A DNA stretch of 63,827 bases, filler included, from Reclinomonas americana ATCC 50394 (taxonomy: Eukaryota): the NCBI GenBank assembly GCA_048213135.1. It is 9 parts of 8 records of this genome, joined end to end, with 100 filler letters (N's around TTAATTAATTAA, not from the genome) between each part and the next. Parts side by side here need not be neighbours in the genome. Positions count along the whole stretch, not along the records: positions 33,286 to 41,091 come from PS015869.1; positions 41,192 to 52,826 come from PS015870.1; 7 more parts are not named here. One strand, given 5' to 3'. The translations under genes were made by a program, and so were the position numbers. Below the pieces are notes generated by a model. The model did no database searches. It saw nothing but the letters and a program-made list of their open reading frames with translations, and was not told the DNA's origin. Shown one piece after another: positions 35,626 to 47,600 of this stretch; position 1 is the stretch's first letter, and each line of letters opens with the position of its first letter.

Positions 35626-36992
35626 ATGAGAGGATCGTGGCTGGAGGTGTCTCTGGGTGAGATTATCGGCGGAAAAATCTGCATGCACATGCAGTGAGTT
35701 GGGGCTCACCGCTGACATGCATGCAGCCGCGCTGGCCAACAATGTGCAGCAGATCCGACAGCGGGTGCGACCTGGCTGTGAACTCGTCGGTGCGTCTCCA
35801 CTCCGCCCCTTGCCTCTCTCCTTCTCCCTGTCCCTCCCCCTGCTCATCACTCTACTCGCAGGGGTGGTCAAGGCGAATGCATACGGACACGGATCGGTGC
35901 CTGTGTCGCGTGCTCTGCTGGCCATGGGAGTGCGTACGCTGGCGGTGGCGTGCACCTCGGAGGGTGCCGCGTTGCGCGACGGTGGCATCCCACACACCGC
36001 CCGCATCTTGGTCATGGGATCGGTGCCGGCTCGGGAAATGGCCGATGTTACGCTCATCATTGCTCCTCCTGCTGTTGCTGCTGCTCTGAAGCCTCTTCCT
36101 GCAGGTCGTTCGATACGATCTGACGCCCACCGTGGTGACGCGCGATGCGCTGACGGCGTATGCCGGACTGTCACCTCCACCCGGCAGTCCGCTGCCGAAG
36201 CGACCGGTGCACGTCAAGATCGATTCAGGCATGGGTCGCGTCGGCATTCCGCCGCACACCCTCGATCAGTTCCTGCGCGATGCTGCGGCTCTCAACGTCG
36301 CAGTGGAGGGCCTCTACACGCACTACGCCGACTCGCCAGACAATCCCGAATTTACTACACTACAACGGGAGCGATTCGACAAGGCGACGGCACCGCACGC
36401 ACACTTGATCCGACACGCCTGCAATTCGGGCGCCGTCATGCGCTACGCCGGCACCGGCCTCAATTACGACTGGGCACGCTGCGGGATCATTCTGTACGGC
36501 CTGCACCCGGGCGGGCCGTGGGATATGGCCCGCGAAGGATTCCGTCCCATTGCACGCTGGCGCGCCACGCCAACCCTGGTCAAACACATCCAGCAAGGCG
36601 ACACGGTCGGTTACTCGCGAACCTACGAATGCACAAACCCCCAGGGCGAGAAAGTGGCCACGCTACCGTTTGGCTACGCCGACGGATACTTCCGCTCCCA
36701 ATCCAACGGACGCGGTTTCCTGCGTCGCGTGCGCGACGGCCTTATGCTATGCACCGCCGGCCGCGTCTCCATGGATCAAGTGACATGCGTAGTGCCCTCG
36801 GACACCACCGTGGACGACGTATTCGAGGTGGCAAGCGCAGACTACGATCCCCAGACGTCGCTCTCTGGCAAGGCCGACCTGCTCGGGACGATTTCGTACG
36901 AGATGGGCACGGCACTGGCGGCACGACTGCCACGCGTCTATGTCCGCGACTTCGACGGCGCTGCTGAGGTGGTGGAGGTAACTGGAGGATAA
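35626..36992 (+). CDS. alr: Alanine racemase (bacterial-type, PLP fold III), three introns
   Basis: MRGSWLEVSL, PLP-lysine motif VVKANAYGHG, VHVKIDSGMGRVG, GLYTHYA, HACNSG, catalytic Tyr in TVGYSRTY, GYADG, GRVSMDQ, GTISYE. Confidence 0.93.
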
Positions 36993-37332
36993 ATGAACAC
37001 GTCATTCCTCGCGATATGTATGCGGTTCTCCGTCCGCCGTCGTGGTGGTGGTGGTGCACGGATTCTGTATGGTGTTCAAGAACTGGCAAGTGTTCGCACC
37101 CGTTTGCCTCACGTGCGACTTTGTGCACGCGAGGATAGGAAACTCAGCTAGGCTGAGCTCAAGCGGGGCGGTACACACCAGCAAAGGAGCGTGGATGTAA
37201 AGAGGGGGAGGTGGGAGAAGGAAAAGAGAACGGACAGAGGGACAGACGCAGGGGGCGGGAGAGAGAGGCGCAAAGCAGTCAGTTGCAATTTGGCTGGTTT
37301 CACTTCGGAGGTNNNNNNNNNNNNNNNNNNNN

Positions 37333-37957
37333 TGGCGTTGTCGACAAGGGCAACAGCACTACGAGACGCAACAGGCACAGGGAAGCGAGGTGAGATGACA
37401 CCGCACTTGTTGATGCGGCCAGTCAGCTCGACGACAACTGCGAAGAGAGGCGAGCATGAGTACAGGCTGCTCATCAGGTGGCATACACACACAAAGACGA
37501 AACTCTTGCCAGCGCGGTGATCATCGACCACAGTGATCTGTGACGAGAGATTGTTGAGTCAGCACACACCCTCTCTTGAAGTCATGATGAGTTGAATACG
37601 CGCACTACAATCGCACTCACCTCACCCAGGTAGCCTGTTTGCGACGCAAGGCAGAAGAGGACAGGGGCAAAGGTGAGTGGCAGGGAGCAAATGCATGGCG
37701 CACACACACGCACACACACACACACGAGCGCGCGCGCACTCACCGTGCTTCTGCATGACCTGGAGGAATCGCAGCACCACCTTTGACGAGGGGCGCAGCA
37801 GCACCTGTCGCTTACCACGCTTCTCAGCGTTGTAGATCGACTGATAATGACAATGATAATCATGAGTGACTCCCCTTCTCGCACAAGAGCACAACAGCGC
37901 AGCAACAAAGTGTGCGTTTACCTTCAATGCGTCGTGCAAGACAGAGGCGCGGACCAT
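37333..37957 (-). CDS. RPS15A: 40S ribosomal protein S15a (uS8); 3' part lost in gap
   Basis: Spliced [66 protein letters not shown]; includes a 14-nt micro-exon at 37621-37634. Confidence 0.93.
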
Positions 37958-38092
37958 GATGTGTGTGTGTGGGGCGAGGGGGCTGGAGGGCAAGCAGCAC
38001 ATGCACATGACATGCACGACAACGACACACACACACACACGCACACAGACAGACAGAGCAGCACAGTTTCGCAGTCAGTGGATCATGTCGCA

Positions 38093-38943
38093 ATGGAGAG
38101 CAGAGTGTGGGCGAGTGGCCCAGGCAGCGCACCTCTCAGAAGACTGAAAAACAAGTGAGTGATTGATCGAGTGATTGTGGGGTTGCGGTGAGGCAACGGA
38201 ACTGGAATTACCAGCAGGTAACCCAAATGCGTGAACTCCGCCTGGCCGCATTGCTCGTCCGTCTGCAGCGCTGCGCTCCACAGCAATCGCTGTCGGTGGA
38301 CATTGCACGCATGGTGCTCGGCCTGCTGAATCGTGCACGCTATCGATTGCAGGCATCGGAAGCAAAGCAAGAAGTGGTCAGTGCAGAGGCGACAGCGCCA
38401 CCACCGCTTGGAGAGAAAGAGGAGACGGCTTCTGCTGCTACTGCTGTTGGTGTGCTTGAGCCAGTGGACGTGCGCAGTGTGCGTCGCACGGTGGAGCTGC
38501 AGCAGTCGTTGTGGCGGGGAGAGCAGAGTGTGCTGGAGGCTCCTGCGTGCATTCGCGCGGCGGTGGTGGAGTCGGAGCGCTGGGCCGCCAAGGCGGAAGG
38601 AGAGGTGGAAGTGGGGGTGGGGGCAGAGATGCCGTCACCGCACACGATTGATGTGCTGCTGGCGGTGGCGGCGGGGCGGGATGATGTGGTGCAGTCGCTG
38701 CTGGCGACGACGACGACAACGCCAGTGCTGCCTGCTCCCGTGCCTGCTGCTGCTGCTGGTAGTGGTGGTGGTGGCAAGTCGGCTGGTGCCGCGAGTGCAG
38801 ACAAGGTGCCGAGTGTGACCACGTTGCTACGGGCACACGATCGGGAGCAGCGCACGTCGGGAACGCGTTTGAGTGGTGCACAGTTGGTGACGTGGTTGCA
38901 GAGGATGCGCTCGACGGCGACGGTGCAAGCATCTCTTCGGTGA
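38093..38943 (+). CDS. Hypothetical protein
   Basis: ATG 38093, GTGAGT donor ~38155, long ORF to 38943; divergent from RPS15A; no motif recognised. Confidence 0.5.
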
Positions 38944-38953
38944 CTGTGTTTAT

Positions 38954-40533
38954 TCAGTAAAACACGGTGTCCTTGGTGGAGTGGCGCTCGTAGGTGCGGA
39001 AGTCGGGCGCCTTGCCGAGCACAGCCCACAGGTAGTTGCCGAGCTCGATGGACGTCAGTGGCGGAGACGGCTGCTGAATCGAGTTGACGGCTTCGACCAC
39101 CGCTTCGACGCCATGCAGCGCCGTAGCACGCAGCGCGACCTCGGCCAGCGACGACGACGGCAGCGACTCGCGACTGGCGATGCGTGTGGCCACCTCCTCG
39201 CACGTCCACACCACGCCGAGCTTGCGCAGCGTGGCCACAATCACGTTGTCCACAAAGGCCGTCAGTCGGTGGGCGTCCTCTGAACGACAGATGGTGGTGG
39301 TGAGTACTACACGCTGCGGCGGCGGAGGAGGAGGAGGAGGAGGGAGCAATGAAGACTCACCGAAATCGAAACGCGGGTCTTCGGCTCGGAAGCGACTGTT
39401 GACGAGAGTGAGTGAGTGAGTGAGTGAGCAGTGGGGGATGAGAAGGAGGTGCCGGTGGTTTCCCTCTCGCAACTGGTACAACTCGCCCACCACCAACTGC
39501 GCCTTCTTGTACAGTCGCACTTCCTGGTCCTTGTACATGTGCACGTCGTTGAAGGTGCGTGGAAACGCTGAGAGAGAGAAGACAGATTGGGACACGGCTC
39601 GGAAAAAAAGAAGGGAGTGGAGAGGGTGACAAGGCCAACCTTCCACCAGGGCGCGAACAATGGCCGCTGCGCTGCGAGGTTCGGCGTCGAGTGCACGCAG
39701 CACCAGCTGCGACAGGGAGGCGAGTCCAAGCTCATCGAGACGCTCGCCGAGCTCATGCACCACCATCACGATTTCGTCGATCAGCAGCTGCAGGCCGGTT
39801 TCACGGCCATCGGCATCCTGCGCGCAATGACGGCGGAAAGTCAACACGAGAAAGGGAAAGAGAGAAAGAGAGCACGCCCGCAGCGCTTGCATGCTTGTCG
39901 CAACTGTGCCGGCGATCGCAAAGTGCCGCTCAATGTCGGCAGCGGTCAGCGAGGCCAAGAAGCGCGACGACAGAGTCGGATCGGCCTTGTACAGGTTCTC
40001 GATTCCAGGCTGCACACAGGAAAGAAGCACACAGTGTCGGAGATGGGATGCTGCTGCTTGGTGGTGAAAACAACTCACTCGCATCGTGTTCCACGCGCCG
40101 AGTCTGCATGCACATGGATCAGTGTCAGAGCAGGCAACATGATGCACACATACACATAGACACACACTCACCCAGTGAAGCGATGCAGCTCGTGTCGGAA
40201 GCCACTGGCAAAGTCGAGAGCGTGCGCGAGGGCGATAAAGGCCACCTCTGAGTCCACATCGGGGAACTTGACAGTGAAGACGGTGTGTCCCACCTCGTGC
40301 CCACCGGCGCTTGCCTCCTGGGTGAGCGTGGCCAGCGAGGAGCCGAGTCGACGCACAAGCTGCATCGAGACAGTCAACATGCATGTGGATCACCATGTGT
40401 GCATGACAGTGCGTGTGTACGCAACATCCACATCGAGAGAGCGTGCAAAGCGGTCGACTGCCTCGTGGTCCACGTGCGCTTCATCGGCCACAAGAGCCAT
40501 GCAGGTGCGGCGGGCGTCTTCGGGGAAGCTCAT
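38954..40533 (-). CDS. QNG1: Queuosine salvage family protein (QNG1/DUF2419-like)
   Basis: ALDFASGFR, FPRTFND, LYKKAQL, LTAFVDNVI..LRKLGV, EVALRA, IELGNYLW, C-terminal RHSTKDTVFY. Confidence 0.8.
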
Positions 40534-41191
40534 TGCGCAACAAGAGAAAGAGACAAACAGACAAAGAGTAACCAATGTAATTCATCGTAGTATATCTCGT
40601 TATAGTATGTATTTTTAATCTAGTGTGGCATAGAAATAGATGGAGAGAGGGAGGGAAGGGGGCATGGAAGAGGAAAAGCAGAGAGGACGGGTAGGTGACG
40701 AATCACACGCGCAGATAATTTGCGCGATCACCCGCAAATGTGGATGCGGGGACTTTCGACCAGTTCGGGGAACACGATTGCCGGCGTGGCCAGCGCAGCG
40801 GACGGCAACGTTTAACGCCACACTAGCGTGTGTAGAGAGTATGTGCATGTGTGTCATGTGGCGTGTAGGGGGAGGCGAAGGGGGCAAAAATAATAATAAC
40901 CAAAAAGGGGGGAATGGAAAACACAAAATCGAGACCAGTGTCGGAGGTCTCCAAGAGCCAAACAAGCAAACAGAAAAAACCGAGAGAGTGCGTGGTGAGG
41001 TAGTCTTGCTCACATGGGTACGACCTCCACATTGCGGATGCGGTCGAGCTCGCGTTGTGTGGCCACCGTCTCGCGATGTTGAGCGCCGAGANNNNNNNNN
41101 NNNNNNNNNNNNNNNNNNNNNNNNNNNNNNNNNNNTTAATTAATTAANNNNNNNNNNNNNNNNNNNNNNNNNNNNNNNNNNNNNNNNNNNN

Positions 41192-42936
41192 ACCCATCTC
41201 CGTGGCAACCGCCAGCCAGTTCTCGGGCGAGGTAGTGCGCTGCGACAGCAGCTTCGAGGCCAAACGGAAGTCGTAGGGCGACAGGCACGAGCTGGCAATG
41301 TCGCGGGCAAACTCGCGGTCGTGCAGCGGCACAACCTTGTCGACCAGCACCTGGCGATCGAGCACGCCCATCGGGTGCGACACCGTCTGGTGAATCATGG
41401 TGACGCCGAGGTGCACCGTGTCGAGCTCGTTCACGAGAGAGGTCGAGCTCGAGGTGACCAGGATCACAGGGCCGACTGAGGACGCAAAACAGCATAGGTG
41501 AGTTAAGAGGAGTGGGCGACAAAGAGACGTGCAGGAATGCGCGCCAATGCACTCACCACCAATGGCGTCGACGTTCCAGTCGAGCATCGAGACGAGCTGC
41601 GCAGCGCTGCCCACATTCTCCAAAATCACCACACGGCGCTCCGATGGGTTGTCCGTGTACAGCTCCAGTCCGAGGGTGGTGAGCAGGCCGGCCTCCGACT
41701 CCTCGCCATAGGCCACCGCACGATCGTTGTTCGGGTGCAACAGCAGTGTGCGCAGAATCATCTCGCGCTGCGCATTGCGAGTCAGTTTTTTGTTGAGGGA
41801 AGGGAAGGGAAAGGGTTGCATTACTGTGATCGATCTCACCGTTGGGCGACGCTCCTCCGGCAGGCCGCCGCGCAGATCGGCATAGTACGGGATGAACGAC
41901 TCGGGTGAACCGAGCAAGTTGGCAATCTCCGCCGCCAGCATGTGCACGACAGTGGACTTGCCGCTGCCCGGCGGCGCCGTCATCACCACCAGCACGCCCT
42001 GTGTGCCGACTGTATCGCACGCGATTGCAGCTCGTCAGTATCGTGCACTCGGGGAGGGCACGGATCGTACAGAGACCCAAACGCAACAAGCATACTCACC
42101 AGGGGAGTCAAGAGCGTGGCGCACCAACGATAGCGCCTCAATGACGGCCACCAACTGCGACGGCAGCGCGTTATCGCTCGCATCGCTCGGCGTCACCTCC
42201 TCAATGTTCTCGCGGGCCACCTCAATGAAGCCGGGCTTGGCGTCGAGCACCTCGCGCGGCACCGGCAGCAGATTCGCATTCTCCATGACCATCTCCATGG
42301 CCGCCGCCGCCTCCTCCTCGTCCATTTGCTCATTCGCCAGGCGCACACGCGAGTACGCCTCCTCGTCGGCCTGGATCTCCATGGCGTGCTGAATCTCGGC
42401 CGCTACCTCGGCATCCAGCATCGCCGCATCCTCACCGTCGGGCTCATCAGGGCACGGACCGCCATCTTATCATCATCAACAACACCAAAAAATCAGTAAA
42501 AAAAACGAGTACACAGTGTAACAGAAAAACACACAAAGGCACCACTGCACCTTCTGCTGCTGAGCTCTGCTGCTCCTGTGATGGTGGCTGCAGTGTCGCG
42601 GAGGAGCGATTCAGCGGGGAGGGCGCTGGAGGTGCGGGTGAGCCCGCCAACAGGGCGCGCAAGAGGATCGGTGTCAGGATCACCGCCACGACCAAGGCGG
42701 CGACCATGCCGACTGCGCGACCAGTCTGCCGCCGTGCCTTGCTCGATGCGCGATCATCGTCGTCTTCGTTGTAGAACGACGCGGGGACAGTTTGCTGTGT
42801 AGGAAAAAACGAAATTTTGAGACGCATGCCACCAAACAACCCGCGTGATCGGAAGGAGTGCGAGAGAGTGTGTGTGAGAAAGAGAGTGGGGTCAAGACGC
42901 AACTCCCAGAGTCGGGCTTGCACGTCGGCGCATCAT
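41192..42936 (-). CDS. Type II membrane protein with acidic linker and P-loop NTPase (AAA/STAND-like) domain; 3' truncated
   Basis: TM VGMVAALVVAVILTPILLRALL; Walker A APPGSGKST; Walker-B-like VVILEN; sensor-1-like VILVTS. Start codon and exon joins inferred. Confidence 0.6.
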
Positions 42937-43533
42937 GTTGCTCCGCAAGGATAAAATATCGGGACAACTGAGTGTGTGTGCGTGGCCGCCGTGTGTGTGT
43001 ATGATGGTGCCACGAGTGTGTGAGTGTATGTGTGTGCGTATATGTGTGTGAACTTGTGTGCGTACACCACTTCTTCTCCTCTCGACGCACACTCGAAAAA
43101 AACGAAACAGAGGTTTGCCAGTGGCCTTTGTCAGTTTCGCGGTTTGTAGGCGGTGGAGGCACGTGGGCTGCCGACAAGAGGCGTGGGTGGAGGGAAATGG
43201 GGGGTGCTGGGCTGTGTAGCAAGAGTCGGGTGTGCAGAGGAGAGCGGGAGGGAGAGGGGGACGTGCGGAGGGAGAGCCCGAGGTGCTTTCAGACAACACA
43301 TAAATCCGGACACACTGCAAATGCAGCATCAGCGATCGACAACGACGAGAATCTGGCCACAGATCTACCAAGTGGTGGCGATGGGATGCTTTGAGCGGGC
43401 ACGAGCGATGGAGACAATCGAGAATATCGCAGTTCTCGACTTGTTCGGAGCTCCGAGAGCGAACACACACGCACACACACACACAAGGAACCTGCTGCTG
43501 CCTCAAGACTGGTGTTTTGTGTTGATGTTTTGG

Positions 43534-43578
43534 ATACGGTTGAACTTGGTCATCAAGACAGCAGTTGCTTGTTTGTTG
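43534..43578 (+). repeat. 45-nt dispersed element, copy B
   Basis: ATACGGTTGAACTTGGTCATCAAGACAGCAGTTGCTTGTTTGTTG; inverted relative to copy A. Confidence 0.85.
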
Positions 43579-44647
43579 GTGAATGCAGAAAGAAAAACAC
43601 TTCATTCACCACATTCCAATAATGCGACAAATGTCCTTGTTGTTGCAACAGCTGCAAGTTGCAAGTGTAGTTGCCACGAAAACATCATCAACATTAACAG
43701 GTTTACTTGTACAGACGATCTGCAAGCAAAGGCGCACGAATAGTGCCACCATTCGCAGCGAAACTCGCGAATTTCACGGCAGGCACAGTGACAGGCACGT
43801 CTTCCATCCGCAGGGCGTTTCCAGCGCCACCGACACCGAGCCGCCTTTGCCTTTTCTCGTGGCCATGACTGTGCGAAGGCAAAGCAGTGTGGGAAACCAT
43901 CGCCTTCGAAAAAACGGAAGAATTTTTGCGGATCCGAACATGCATGCATTGCGCCGGTTGTCGTGCACGCACAGGCTATTGACGGGGGCACAGGCTATAT
44001 CGAACATTCTCTTGCACCAGTTATCGAAGCGTGCAAAGCTGCACATCATCGAGCACCAATTTCGCATGCGTTCGCGCTTCTTCTCACCGATGCCCCACGA
44101 ACTGCAAGATGCAGCTGCTTCTCACTGCGCTGTATTGAAGGATACTATATCACGTATTCTCGGCTCGCATGCGATCGAGAGGCGGAACTCACAGTTGCAA
44201 GAATTCTTATATCGAATTCAACGAGAGTAGCAGGGAGCGCATGCACAGCGTGCGTGCAACTGAAGAGGACGTTCCGGAACGAGCTTTTCCCCGTGACTCA
44301 CTTCTCTCTGCTCTCCACCCCAAGAGCAGAACGAGGAAAGCGAGAGCAGGCAATTCTCTCGAGCTCTCTTTTCGAATCCACTAATGCCTCCCACCTCGTA
44401 GCACACCCATTTATATTGCAGCTGCTCCTCACCGACAACAATGAGCGCCACACCGAGCAGAACTGCATTGCCAATTTCCATTTCTCCTCAAAAAATACTG
44501 GAACGGACTTGAGGTATTTTCGGCTGAACTCCGGAGCACCAATGCAAAACTGAGACACAGTTCGTAGCCTTCTCTCTCGCACAAAACAACAAAAATGCAG
44601 CTCTGTCGGTCGGTCACACGGACCGCTCAATCATCGTACGCGCCTTC

Positions 44648-47600
44648 ATGTCGCGCAAGTCGGGCTCCTCGTCGTCCGCACTGAGGTTGGTGACGCACAC
44701 ACGCAAGCACACATGCACATGCGCATGACTCTTCATTCACCCTCCCTCTCCACGCACACACACAGCACCTCCAGCTCGCTCGATTTGTCAACAGTGACGC
44801 GATTATCTGTGGATCGCAGTGGAGCAGGGGGCAGTGCAGGATCGTCGCCACGACTTGCGCTGCTGACGGCGGCCGCAGCGGAGGAGTCACTGCGCGGGAT
44901 TCTGCCACGCAGCATGGTGATGCATGGAGTGGATGCGCAACAGGCGACACTGCGCGGAGTCACCAGTGTGCGCTCACGCACCGATCCGCTGCACATGGAT
45001 GTGTTGAATGAGGTGCATCGCATCAGTTGCAGTTGTCATGAATGCATCTCCCCATTTTTTGTTATTGGCTCATCACGCATGGCGTTGTGTGCAGGGCGTG
45101 TCGGTGGCCAAGGCCAGGTTCTGGCTCTCGTCTCTCTCTCTCGTTTCATGTGGTCACTCTTGTCGCTGACCTCCATCGCGCGTGTGTAGTGGCACTCATT
45201 CGAACGCGGAATCGAAGCACTGGGAGTATGTGCTGCAGATCCAGTCGTCGCCTGAATCGTCGGTGGTGGTCGAGCAGCAGCCGGCAGTGTCGCCACCGGC
45301 GCGCTCTGCCTCGCAGGAGGAGTTGCAGTTGACGGCGCTGTTGCGAGAGACGCAGGCAGATGACTCGATTGAGAAGGTGACGTCCACCATTTCGCCTCCT
45401 GCTGCTAGTGGTTGCTGATGCTTTTGCTGCGTGCAGCGGGAGCGTGCGTTTTCGATTGCCATGCTTCTCGCCTACACACACCCGATGATGGAGTCGCTGC
45501 GCACGGGGAAGCCACCGTCGCATTCACCGCACGGCGGCGGCTTTGTGAGTTCGCTCTTTGGCGGTCTGTGGAAGGCCATTACGTTTCTGCCGCGCGTCAC
45601 ATACAATGCCAGCACGGCGGCTCTGGGTGCCATCGGCAATGTGGTACTCCCGTCCCAGATCGACCGCAACCGCGTGTTGCAGCCGGAGCGTTGAGTGTGC
45701 AGTAGTGGGGGGAAGGGTGGTTGCTTTTGTGCTTCAATTCCATTTCCCGTTTCACGATTCTTTCCGTCGCATATCTTTCTTCCCTTTCTGCTCACCTCTC
45801 TCGCCACAGAGGTCGACACCTTCAAGTTCCTGGTCGCTCTGCAGCTGGATCAATTCGAGAGCCGCCTGCTGTCACCCTCGCTGGAGGAGTCCGGTGGAGG
45901 CATGATCACCCTGAATCGGGACCTGGAGCTCCCCGAACTGACCATGTACGACATTATCTTTACGACTGGCAAGCGCATGGTCAAGACACTCGGTACGTGC
46001 AATGCCTGTGTCGCCGCCGTCACATTGGACATCTCACGCCGCGCATTAGTATTCGAGTGCCCGGAGCCGACCACGGCGGCTATCCTTCTTGATCTCGTCA
46101 CCTCGAGCATGGAGCCAGCGCTGACTCGTCACGCACTCGATGGCGATCGTTGTGTAGTTGCCTCACTTGTGCACTTTCCTAAAAATAATCTCCTCACTCG
46201 GATCTGCATGCAGTTGGTGACGCCACTTCCGCGTACGTCATGTCGCTGTTTGTGCGCTTGTTGGATCAGACGCTGGCACGAGGCATGAAGAAGGACGTGC
46301 CAAAGGCTGTCAGGGCCGCCGGTCGAGTGATTCTCATGGATTTGCTGCTGCGGTTCGCCTCTTTTGTCGTCAAGCGCGTGCGTGGCACAGCCGTGATTCA
46401 CCAAATGGCTACGTGCATCACAGGCATGCACTCAAGATTGACGACAAGCGAGCTCGGTCGCTGCGCATGAGTGCGCGCACGTGTGCCAATCCCGAGGTGA
46501 ACACTGTGTGGTGATCCTTTTGCGTGCGTTGCGATCTCCCTCACTTGTATCTTCCTGCCCGCGCCAGCACTTTCTGGTTCAACTAAAGAACAACCTGCAA
46601 GACGTGCAACAGGAGCGACCGGCGTTTGCCAGTCAATTTTTGGTGAGCGACTCTTGATTTTCCTTCCCTATGAAGTTCCGGCTGATGCGTCTCATGTCAT
46701 GGCAGTCTGCGGAGGAAATGCGCGAGGAGACGCTGGCCACGGCGCGGCGGTACGGCGCGCACATTAATTTCATTGAAAAGAACTATCTCGACCCGAAGGA
46801 TGCAGTTGCGTGGAGATAAAACACACAGACGTGTCGGTGATGCTGACATGTAAAGTGCACTCAGATGGGCGACGCTGCCGGCTTGCTGTACATCAAGGGT
46901 GGAGTACACGCAGTGTGTTGTTTCTGTACGCCAGCCGTCTCACCTTCGCGCTCGCAGTCATTTGTGCCAACAAGTTGGTGCCGAAGAACATGTTTTCTCG
47001 TTGCGCACTCCACCGCTCCTGTCTCTGGTGCTGTTGCAAAGGTGTCTTACAGTAGCACAGGGACGAGCGATCCGTATGTGCTGGTCACGCTTGGCGACGC
47101 CGAGTTTCGCACCAAGACGCGCAAAGGGACGCTGGATCCGGTGTGGGACGAGGAGACTGTGCTGTTGCGTGCACGGCGACCTGCTTGTTGTTCTGTATGG
47201 CGTCCATCTCACTCGCATGCTGACACAGGCGAGTGAAGAGCATGGACGACACGCTGTACTTGTGTGTTTATGATTGGGATCGGTTGGGTCGGGATGAATT
47301 CGAGGGCGATCTGTCACTCACGGTCTGTGTGTGTCTGCCTCTCCTCCGCTTCTCTCTCTGCCCACCGTACTGATGTGAGTGGCGCAGGTGGCGGAGATTG
47401 TGGAGCTGCAAGAGGAGCATGGTGGATGCATCGACAATCTGTTTAACCTCAGACCAAAGGCCTCATCGCACAACAAGAATCGGTGTGTGTCTGCGCTTCT
47501 TTCGAGTGCTCTCACAAGCACGAGTCTTATCATCTACTACATGCACAGTGGTACCATCCATCTGCAAATCGCTTTTGGTACGTAGTTGCTGTTCTTTTTG

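Noticed and set aside
31400..36992. Phosphoserine phosphatase + racemase as a D-serine cluster
   Set aside because: Separated by an unrelated LRR gene and a linker gap; no evidence of serine specificity.
14072..43578. The two inverted 45-mers as terminal inverted repeats of one 29-kb transposon
   Set aside because: The interval holds housekeeping genes (RPS15A, HMGCL, BRCA2), with no transposase or evident target-site duplication.
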